NCBI GenBank assembly: GCA_018894995.1 | Contig: JAHIOZ010000098.1 | Coordinates: 1 to 26,338 of the forward strand | Source of the DNA: Patescibacteria group bacterium | GTDB lineage: Bacteria > Patescibacteriota > Minisyncoccia > Phycocordibacterales > UBA12079 | Direction of reading: 5' to 3' | Length of the DNA stretch: 26,338 nucleotides | In this document: one piece after another, positions 1 through 6,882 of the stretch | Position numbering within the stretch: the first letter of the stretch is position 1 | How the letters are laid out: every line of letters begins with the position of its first letter | Translations under genes and position numbers: made by a program | Notes under the pieces: generated by a model | Seen by the model: the letters and a program-made list of their open reading frames with translations, nothing else | The model's database searches: none | What the model was told of the DNA's origin: nothing

Positions 1-450
1 AGGTTTTTTGAACCAAATAATTTTTTTGTGATTAGAAATGGTCTTTGGATCTCTCTAAATTTCCGTAATTACATTTTGTCGGTTGCGGAAAAAATTCTGC
101 CAATTCAACTGCCGAGTCATATTCCGGGTTTTGATTTGCCGAAAAGAATTAATGATGCGGAAATCCGCGCCAAGCTCGGCGACAACCATCTTTTTGAAGA
201 TGCGAGTGAATTTTGCTCGTGTCTTGCGGGAATGATTTCTCGCCAAGCCAATGGCGAGGAGGGAGATCTCCTCAATAACGGATCCTCGAACATTTTTTAT
301 GTTTGCGGAAAGGAAGGCGAGGTTTTTGCGGTTTTTGCGTCTTGGGCTGTCGACGATCGGAGGTGGGATGTGTCTGCGCTTCGGCTGGGCGGCCTTTCGT
401 GGCTTGCGGGCCGTCGTGCTTTTTCTCGCAACAGTATCTTGGGCAAATAG
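1..450 (+). CDS. 5'-truncated hypothetical protein; C-terminus resembles a DGR target variable region
   Basis: Frame is open from base 1 to TAG 448-450. C-terminal W..D.R.W.V.A.RL...W.AG.R.FSRN pattern; only 4 A in 321-429. Confidence 0.75.
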   Translation, partial: RFFEPNNFFVIRNGLWISLNFRNYILSVAEKILPIQLPSHIPGFDLPKRINDAEIRAKLGDNHLFEDASEFCSCLAGMISRQANGEEGDLLNNGSSNIFYVCGKEGEVFAVFASWAVDDRRWDVSALRLGGLSWLAGRRAFSRNSILGK

Positions 451-480
451 TCCTTTGAACTTGGACTCTTTGTCTCTTTG

Positions 481-530
481 ACCCTTGGTCATTCCAACGA
501 AAGTTGGAGTGATCAGGGGTTTTGTTTTGT
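481..530 (+). terminator. Stem-loop with GAAA tetraloop and T-tract (intrinsic terminator and/or DGR cis hairpin)
   Basis: CCCTTGGTCATTCCAAC-GAAA-GTTGGAGTGATCAGGGG gives 17 bp with 3 G.U pairs, followed by TTTTGTTTTGT. Confidence 0.7.
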
Positions 531-763
531 AAAAAATAAAATATTTTGATATTCTAAACAATGAAGTTTTTGTATTTGTCTCGGTCACGGCTTAGGCGGA
601 AGATTTTGAACATATTAAACATCAGAATTGTTTCGGTTAAGGCTTGAGCAAGCGTATGTTTGGTATGTTGTTGAAAAAATAATAAGGTGGAAAATTTGGT
701 TTGGTTATGTCATAATTGCCACCATCTTATTCATCATTACAAAGATGCAAAAGATAAATTCAT

Positions 764-837
764 GGAGGCATTGGTGTAGGAGTAACACTACAGCCTGTGG
801 AGCTGTCATCGTGGGTGCAAATCCCGCATGCCTCCCA
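764..837 (+). tRNA. tRNA-His (GTG) with encoded G-1
   Basis: Acceptor stem GAGGCAT/ATGCCTC, G-1 (764) opposite discriminator C835, D stem GTGT/ACAC, anticodon stem ACAGC/GCTGT with loop CTGTGGA, T stem GTGGG/CCCGC. Only CA follows the discriminator. Confidence 0.92.
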
Positions 838-857
838 GTAAAAAGTTCCCAATAAAA

Positions 858-884
858 AAAAGCTGGCCACCGGGGTCAGCTTTT
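858..884. terminator. Probable bidirectional terminator between tRNA-His and the convergent ORF
   Basis: AAAAGCTGGCC...GGTCAGCTTTT hairpin with A- and T-tracts. Confidence 0.6.
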
Positions 885-905
885 GGGTTGTGGGCGGGAG
901 TGATT

Positions 906-1229
906 TCAAAATTTTCTTATTTTCGCCAACATTTCGTCGGTTATTATTCTGACTACCTCACTGCTACTTAGTTTTTTGTAACCGGAAAAACGGTATTCTG
1001 TTAATTCGCAACAGATACACATTCTTCTTGGATAGTAAGATGTAGCCACTGCAATCATTGACTCTCCTCTTGGTTTTTGGCAGGTTTCAATAACTTCTTT
1101 GTGAGGGCAAGTTTCCCTCAGCAATACGCGATCTGATGCCACATTTTTCTCCAAAAGTTTTATCTCAGCTGAATTTTTTAGAATTCTGTTTTTAATTTCT
1201 AACAATTCGGATTCAGTTATTTCAGACAT
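906..1229 (-). CDS. Hypothetical protein, possible Zn-binding (CPH...CxCC)
   Basis: 107-aa ORF with AAGGAG SD upstream of ATG; downstream hairpin. Confidence 0.7.
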   Translation of the reverse strand: MSEITESELLEIKNRILKNSAEIKLLEKNVASDRVLLRETCPHKEVIETCQKPRGESMIAVATSYYPRRMCICCELTEYRFSGYKKLSSSEVVRIITDEMLAKIRKF

Positions 1230-1391
1230 TTTTCACTCCTTTGTTTTGGTTATTGTTTTTATACTTTTCCTGATTCGTATTATAGGTAAATACTTTTAAA
1301 AAGCAAATTATTTAAAAAACAATTTTGCTTGCTTTAACAAGCCCTAATACTAACCTCTGATACTCAATTTTTTGGCTCTGTCAAAAAATTG

Positions 1392-1419
1392 TTGACTTAT
1401 TTTTTAAAAAGAGTAGTAT
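1392..1419 (+). promoter_or_regulatory. Candidate sigma70 promoter for secE-nusG
   Basis: TTGACT-16 bp-TAGTAT. Confidence 0.4.
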
Positions 1420-1603
1420 ATTGACATAAGACCCGAAAGGGTTTTTAAAAATGAAAAATTTTATCTAATTAGCACATAACTTTGTCGTTTTAGAAAAAAT
1501 TTTAGAAATATTTGGTTTTTGTAAAGTTTTACAAAGCTTCTAACTAAATTTAAAAATCAGTTTGGCTGTCGGCTATGAGCTTTCAGCTATAAGCTTAAAA
1601 AAT

Positions 1604-1783
1604 ATGAAATTAATAGACTACATTAAAGATACAAAAAGCGAGTTAAAACATGTAACTTGGCCGACTAAACAACAGGCGGTTTGGTTTACAATTTTGGTTA
1701 TTATCATTTCCTTAGTTGTTTCTTTTTACCTCGGATTTTTTGATTTTATTTTTTCATTGGGAATTGAAAAATTTATCATTTAA
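1604..1783 (+). CDS. secE: Preprotein translocase subunit SecE
   Basis: ELKHVTWPT motif plus a single TM helix, upstream of nusG. ATG at 1604 preferred over TTG at 1562. Confidence 0.93.
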   Translation: MKLIDYIKDTKSELKHVTWPTKQQAVWFTILVIIISLVVSFYLGFFDFIFSLGIEKFII

Positions 1784-1919
1784 TATTTTTTAATTTTTGG
1801 AGAAATTAAAAAATCACGGAAGGTCGCGGAACGAACGCAGAATTACGCAGAAATAAAAATTTGCTTCGCAAATTTTTATCCATAAATTCTAAATCATAAT
1901 TTAAAATCTAAACAAACAT

Positions 1920-2492
1920 ATGGACAATCAACAAGAAGAACAAAAAATAACAAAACAGGATTCCAGTGCCGGCAGAAATTGGTATGCAATCCATACTTAT
2001 GCCGGGTATGAAAATGCTGTTGTGAGAAATCTTAAACAAAGAATTGAGTCTTTGTGTATGCAAGACTTGATTTTTGATGTGGTTGTTCCGGTGGAAAAAA
2101 AGATTAAAATTAAAGGAGGAAAAAGAGTTGAAGAACAAGAAAAAATTTACCCCGGATATATTTTGGTTGATATGATTGTAACCGATGATTCTTGGTATGT
2201 TGTCAGAAATACACCGAGAGTTACAGGTTTCGTAGGAGCGGGAGTTAACCCGGTTCCTGTGAGTGAGGAAGAAATGTCCGAGCTTACCAAAAGAATGAAT
2301 ATGGATGTCACTAAACATGAGGTTGATTTGCAAATTGACGAAGCGGTTATCATCACCGACGGACCGTTTAAAGATACAGAGGGTAAGGTTATAGAAATTG
2401 ACGAGAAGAGCGGAAAAGTTAAAGTTCTTATTTCAATGTTCGGAAGAGAAACTCCAGCTGAGTTGGACTTTTTACAAATAAAGAGAATTTAG
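1920..2492 (+). CDS. nusG: Transcription termination/antitermination factor NusG
   Basis: WYAIHTYAGYE N-terminus, IYPGYILV, VRNTPRVTGFVG, C-terminal KOW domain (GPFKD...FGRETP). Confidence 0.97.
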   Translation: MDNQQEEQKITKQDSSAGRNWYAIHTYAGYENAVVRNLKQRIESLCMQDLIFDVVVPVEKKIKIKGGKRVEEQEKIYPGYILVDMIVTDDSWYVVRNTPRVTGFVGAGVNPVPVSEEEMSELTKRMNMDVTKHEVDLQIDEAVIITDGPFKDTEGKVIEIDEKSGKVKVLISMFGRETPAELDFLQIKRI

Positions 2493-2527
2493 AAAAACAA
2501 AGAGTGAAGCGATTATGTTTTTCTTAA

Positions 2528-2799
2528 CCCTGTTAAGTTCAAATTTCGCAGAAATTTGAAACATTTAAACTTTTAGCAGTTTGTCATTTGGGTGGTCAGG
2601 TAGCCTGTTGTGTTTACCCAACACTCTGATAATCAATAAAAGTTTAAATGATACTTAACTGGGGTATGGTTAAATAAATTTATTGAGTTAATTAAAATTT
2701 AGAGTATTGCGGGTTAGAAAGTAGCCCTAGTGAAATATCTTTTATTTTTTCTTAAAAATAAAAGTTTCATTTGCTTGAGGCAAATGAATTTCACAGGGC
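2528..2799. other. Two nested multi-stem inverted-repeat structures in the nusG-rplK spacer
   Basis: Stem pairs 2528-2538/2653-2663, 2538-2560, 2562-2575/2637-2650 (perfect 14 bp), and a three-way junction at 2724-2799. Confidence 0.6.
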
Positions 2800-2835
2800 C
2801 ATAATTTTCTAATTCGCTTCGCTCATAAGAAAATT

Positions 2836-3258
2836 ATGGCAAAAAAAGCAATAAAAAAATTAAAATTACAAATTCCTGCAGGTAAAGCTACACCGGCTCC
2901 TCCTGTTGGACCGGCTTTGGGACAAGCCGGAATTAATATCGGTGAATTCGTAAATCAATTTAACGGTGCGACTAAAGAAATGATGGGGGATATCATCCCG
3001 GTTATAATTTCTGTTTATGAAGACAGAACTTTTGATTTTGTTCTTAAGACTCCGCCGGCATCAAGATTGATTTTGAAAAAAATGGGAATCGCAAAAGGTT
3101 CCGGCAAAAATCTTACAAAGAAAGCTGGGACTATTACAAAAAATCAAATTAGAGAAATTGCGGAACAAAAAATGGCTGATTTAAGCGCGAATGATATTGA
3201 AGCGGCGATGAAGATTATTGAAGGGACAGCTAGGAGTATGGGCGTCGAAGTTAAGTGA
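2836..3258 (+). CDS. rplK: 50S ribosomal protein L11
   Basis: [21 protein letters not shown]...GTARSMG signature. Confidence 0.98.
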   Translation: MAKKAIKKLKLQIPAGKATPAPPVGPALGQAGINIGEFVNQFNGATKEMMGDIIPVIISVYEDRTFDFVLKTPPASRLILKKMGIAKGSGKNLTKKAGTITKNQIREIAEQKMADLSANDIEAAMKIIEGTARSMGVEVK

Positions 3259-3329
3259 TTTTTTAAAAAAACAAAAATGCCGACTTAGGTCGGCATTTTT
3301 GTTTTTTTAAAAAATCACTTAACTTCGAC
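3244..3329. terminator. 41-bp perfect inverted repeat (terminator-like) overlapping the rplK 3' end
   Basis: 3244-3284 is the exact reverse complement of 3289-3329; loop TTAG. Confidence 0.8.
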
Positions 3330-3334
3330 CGCAA

Positions 3335-3368
3335 AAGGTCGCGGAACGAACGCGGAATTACGCGGAAA
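3335..3368 (+). repeat. 10-nt-period repeat CGCRGAACGAACGCRGAATTACGCRGAAA; copies at 1820-1853, 17515-17551 (degenerate) and 18498-18527 (minus strand)
   Basis: Direct sequence comparison. Confidence 0.8.
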
Positions 3369-3388
3369 CGACGACGAGACGACGACGA

Positions 3389-3466
3389 AACGACGAAAGG
3401 CTTTGCCTTTCGTCGTTAACGATAAAACTCTGCTATCGTCTTTGCGAGCCGAAGGCGTGGCAATCT
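3389..3466. repeat. GACG...CGTC triloop hairpin followed by a CGTC-tagged REP-like element
   Basis: AACGACGAAAGGC-TTT-GCCTTTCGTCGTT (3389-3417); CGTCTTTGCGAG-CCGAAGG-CGTGGCAATCT (3437-3466). Confidence 0.75.
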
Positions 3467-3583
3467 AGGAGTTTCGTAATAGTTTTCTTGACTCCGCCCT
3501 CGCAAATAACTATACTCAACGCAGGTTAGTAGTATTGAAAAAGGAAATTTTTTCCTAAAAAATATAAAAGAAAGGAGACTTGG

Positions 3584-4126
3584 ATGAACAAAAAACAAAC
3601 AATAACAACAAAGAGAATTGATTGGGACACACTTTTTATGCTCCATGTTCGTGCTTATGCGATGAGGAGTGCCTGTGTAAATTACAAGGTTGGTGCGGTT
3701 TTTACCAAAGACAATAGAGTTCTGACGGGAGGTTTTAATGGACCACCGAGAAAGGAACCGAATTGTTGCGAGGTTGGTTGTGCAAAGCGTGATGCAGGCG
3801 GAAAAATAATGCCTGCCGGCTCAGGTCTTTGCAGGGGTGCTCATGCTGAAATGAACAGTTTGGCAAATGCTTGCATTGGCGGTGTTGGTTTAAGCGGTGT
3901 GACAGTTTATTGTTCTTTTAGTCCTTGCTGGGATTGTGCCAAACATTTGGTTAATCTTGGTATCTCCCGTTTTGTGTACGAGGTTGAGTATACTGAAGAA
4001 GAAGGTCAGCGAGCCCTTGATTTGCTGAAACGCCGAGGTGTCGAATTGGTTCATTTTACTTTTGACGAATCAGTTTTACTTGATTTTCAGAATTTTAACC
4101 CCGTAGCAAAGGAGAAAAGCAAATGA
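3584..4126 (+). CDS. dCMP (deoxycytidylate) deaminase-family protein
   Basis: HAE and PCWDC zinc motifs, KVGAV, GFNGPP; AAGGAG SD. Confidence 0.9.
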   Translation: MNKKQTITTKRIDWDTLFMLHVRAYAMRSACVNYKVGAVFTKDNRVLTGGFNGPPRKEPNCCEVGCAKRDAGGKIMPAGSGLCRGAHAEMNSLANACIGGVGLSGVTVYCSFSPCWDCAKHLVNLGISRFVYEVEYTEEEGQRALDLLKRRGVELVHFTFDESVLLDFQNFNPVAKEKSK

Positions 4127-4896
4127 GTAAATTCAATTTTCTTGAAGAATACGATCTCGGTAATGCTTGGTTTTCTGCCCTAGATACTATTATGTCGAAA
4201 GGTCGAAGATATCTTATTACGAGTGGGAGTTATGAAGGTATCCACAGAATTGGTATGCCTACTTTGATTAATATCGAAAATCCCGGAAATAGACCTCTTT
4301 TTCCGATAATTCCTGATGGAATTCCGGCTCCGACTAACGAAGAAGATATTAACGAATATGTCGGGTATCTTGTAAACGGAGAAAAACAACCTAACGAGCA
4401 TTATACCTATGGGGAAGACTTGCACTGGCTTGTTGAGTGGACTATCAAGCATTACAAGAATTTTGGTCATGGGAATAATCATTGTTATATGACTGTCGGG
4501 CGTCCCGAAACTGTTCATTTTTACGATCGGGATGTCAATTATTCTGAAGATATTAAGGTCGTTAGCGCACCGGATATTTCTAGAATTCATCACATTGATA
4601 ATGCATGGAATAAAAATCATGCCATCAAAACAAGCTCCCAATGTCTTCGCGGTATTGATACATGGATTGACGATGGTAAACTTCATTTCTGGGTTTACTT
4701 CCGGTCCTGGGATTTGTGGGGTGGTTTTCCTGTCAATCTTGGTGGAATTCAGCTTCTCAAAGAATATATGGCGGCGGAGATTGGCGTCGGTGACGGCTCA
4801 ATGACCGTTGCTTGTAAAGATCTTCATGTGTACGAACACACTTGGGTTGTTGCGCTTATGCGTCTTAAAAAAGACGAAAGTCTCCTCAAAAGATAA
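4123..4896 (+). CDS. thyA: Thymidylate synthase-like protein (short, archaeal-like ThyA)
   Basis: QCL catalytic Cys, YFRSWD, FPVNL, LHVYE motifs; ATGA overlap with the deaminase. Confidence 0.82.
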   Translation: MSKFNFLEEYDLGNAWFSALDTIMSKGRRYLITSGSYEGIHRIGMPTLINIENPGNRPLFPIIPDGIPAPTNEEDINEYVGYLVNGEKQPNEHYTYGEDLHWLVEWTIKHYKNFGHGNNHCYMTVGRPETVHFYDRDVNYSEDIKVVSAPDISRIHHIDNAWNKNHAIKTSSQCLRGIDTWIDDGKLHFWVYFRSWDLWGGFPVNLGGIQLLKEYMAAEIGVGDGSMTVACKDLHVYEHTWVVALMRLKKDESLLKR

Positions 4897-4909
4897 AATT
4901 TGTTTCTCC

Positions 4910-4940
4910 AAAGCCTCCACTCGAAAGGGTTGGGGCTTTT
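4910..4940 (+). terminator. Intrinsic terminator
   Basis: AAAGCCTCCACTC-GAAA-GGGTTGGGGCTTTT. Confidence 0.7.
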
Positions 4941-5002
4941 CTTATGTCTTTTTTTCGGTTAATATTTACCTAATGGATTAAACAAAGCGAGTTAAACAAA
5001 AA

Positions 5003-6760
5003 ATGATTAAAAACGAATTGGAAAAAATAATAAAAAAAGCTTTGGCGGATTTGGGAATTGAAGCCGAGAGTGTTTGCTTGGATCATCCTGTTGATTTGGC
5101 TATGGGAGATTATTCAACAAATGTCGCGATGGTTTATGCAAAAAAAATCGGACAAAATCCCCGCGAACTCGCCGAAAAAATCGCCGAGAAAATCAACTTG
5201 GAAACCCGGTTTCCAAGTGAAATGTTGGAAAAGGTGGAACCGGCTGGGGCTGGTTTTATAAATTTTTATTTGAGCAAAGACTTTTTTGAAAATAATATAG
5301 CTGAAATTTTAAAAGCGGGGGAGAAATATGGAAGCAATGAAAGTTTGAAAGGGCAGAAAATTTTGATTGAGCACAGCTCACCAAACTTGTTTAAAGAATT
5401 TCATATTGGGCATATGGTTAATAATTCAATCGGTGAAGCAATTACAAGAATTATCAAAAATTCCGGTGCTGATGTAAAAGTCATTTCTTATCCGTCGGAT
5501 GTTGGGCTTGGGATTGCAAAAACTATTTGGGCTATAAAAAACTATGATATTACTGGATTAGAAAAAGATTTTTTATTTAACAATAGTAAAATACTAGATG
5601 AAAAAATTAAAATTCTGGGAGTTGCTTACACTTTAGGTAATTTAGCGTATAAAGATCACGGAAATGAAAAACAAGAAATAGATGAAATAAACAAAAAAAT
5701 TTATAACAAATCTGACGGGGAAATAAATAAAATTTATAACGAAGGTAAAAAATTAACTCTCGAACACTTCGAGATCATCGTTAAAAAGTTAGGTTCAAAA
5801 TTTGATGATTATATTTTTGAAAGTGAGGCAGGAGAAATTGGGAAAGAAATTGTAAAAGAAAAAATAGGAGAAGTTTTTGAGGAAAGCGAAGGGGCTGTGG
5901 TATTCAAAGGAGAAAAATATGGTTTACATACTCGCGTTTTTTTAAATTCTCAAGGGTTACCAACTTATGAAACAAAAGATTTAGGTTTGCTCAAGTTAAA
6001 ATTTGATAAATATCATCCAGATAAGTCTATTTTTATAACAGACAATGAGCAGAATGAATACATGAAAGTCATGTTGAAAGCAGGAGAACAGATAAATTCT
6101 GCTTGGGCAGAAAAAACAAAACATATTGGACATGGACGGCTTCGTTTTCTAGACGGGCGACTTTCTTCAAGGGAAGGTAATGTTTTGACAGCACTTAAAC
6201 TTCTCGGCGACATCCAGATGAAAGTTTGGGATAAAATGAATTCTTCAAAAAATATAACTAAAAACGAAATATCAAAAGCTTCCTTTTGTGTTTCTGGTGG
6301 GGCTGTAAAATACGCAATATTAAAATCATCAACGGGAAAAAATATTATTTTTGATAAAGAAAAAGCTTTAGCTTTAGAGGGGAACACCGGACCATACTTG
6401 CAATACACCTATGCTCGAGCGAAATCGGTTATTGAAAAAGCAAAAAAAGAAAACATCGCAACTTGGAAACCGGGTTTCCAAGTGGAATTAAGGCTGTTGA
6501 ACAGCCTTAGTGAGGTTGAAAAATTGCTTTATCGTTTTCCGGAAGTTGTTGAGAGGGCGGGGGAGGAATATGAACCGCATTATATCGCGACTTATTTGTT
6601 TGAATTGGCACAGGCTTTTAACTCTTATTATGGGAATAATAAAATTGCGGACAAAGAAGATGAAAATGCACCTTACAAAGTTGCATTGACGGAAGCGGTT
6701 GCTCAAACAATCAAAAACGGACTTTGGCTTTTGGGGATTGAGGCGCCGGAAAAACTATAA
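5003..6760 (+). CDS. argS: Arginine--tRNA ligase
   Basis: GDYSTNVAM, GAGFINF, SPNLFKEFHIGH (HIGH), GPYLQYTYAR, C-terminal LLGIEAPEKL. Confidence 0.97.
   Translation: MIKNELEKIIKKALADLGIEAESVCLDHPVDLAMGDYSTNVAMVYAKKIGQNPRELAEKIAEKINLETRFPSEMLEKVEPAGAGFINFYLSKDFFENNIAEILKAGEKYGSNESLKGQKILIEHSSPNLFKEFHIGHMVNNSIGEAITRIIKNSGADVKVISYPSDVGLGIAKTIWAIKNYDITGLEKDFLFNNSKILDEKIKILGVAYTLGNLAYKDHGNEKQEIDEINKKIYNKSDGEINKIYNEGKKLTLEHFEIIVKKLGSKFDDYIFESEAGEIGKEIVKEKIGEVFEESEGAVVFKGEKYGLHTRVFLNSQGLPTYETKDLGLLKLKFDKYHPDKSIFITDNEQNEYMKVMLKAGEQINSAWAEKTKHIGHGRLRFLDGRLSSREGNVLTALKLLGDIQMKVWDKMNSSKNITKNEISKASFCVSGGAVKYAILKSSTGKNIIFDKEKALALEGNTGPYLQYTYARAKSVIEKAKKENIATWKPGFQVELRLLNSLSEVEKLLYRFPEVVERAGEEYEPHYIATYLFELAQAFNSYYGNNKIADKEDENAPYKVALTEAVAQTIKNGLWLLGIEAPEKL
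5196..5218. repeat. 23-nt palindrome in frame inside argS (copy 1)
   Basis: ACTTGGAAACC-C-GGTTTCCAAGT. Confidence 0.85.
6461..6483. repeat. 23-nt palindrome in frame inside argS (copy 2)
   Basis: ACTTGGAAACC-G-GGTTTCCAAGT. Confidence 0.85.
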
Positions 6761-6804
6761 TTCAGTTTTTAGTTTTTAGTTGATAGTTTTTAGCATAAAA
6801 AATT

Positions 6805-6835
6805 AAAATCGTAAAAGCGAAGCTTTTGCGGTTTT
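6805..6835. terminator. GC-GAA-GC hairpin after argS; related perfect copy at 25832-25870
   Basis: AAAATCGTAAAAGC-GAA-GCTTTTGCGGTTTT. Confidence 0.65.
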
Positions 6836-6882
6836 TGATTGTCGGCTTTTTAAATTTCTCATTTTAATGTATTATTTCTTTT

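Noticed and set aside
55-588. 177-aa minus-strand ORF and other antisense ORFs within nusG, thyA, argS, ileS, glyQS, the M16 peptidase, metG and tatD
   Set aside because: These are shadows of well-supported plus-strand genes.
628-855. 75-aa ORF upstream of and over the tRNA
   Set aside because: It overlaps the tRNA-His gene and has no recognisable motif.
1562-1603. TTG-start N-terminal extension of secE
   Set aside because: This stretch is a GCT-N4 heptamer tract; ATG 1604 gives a normal SecE length.
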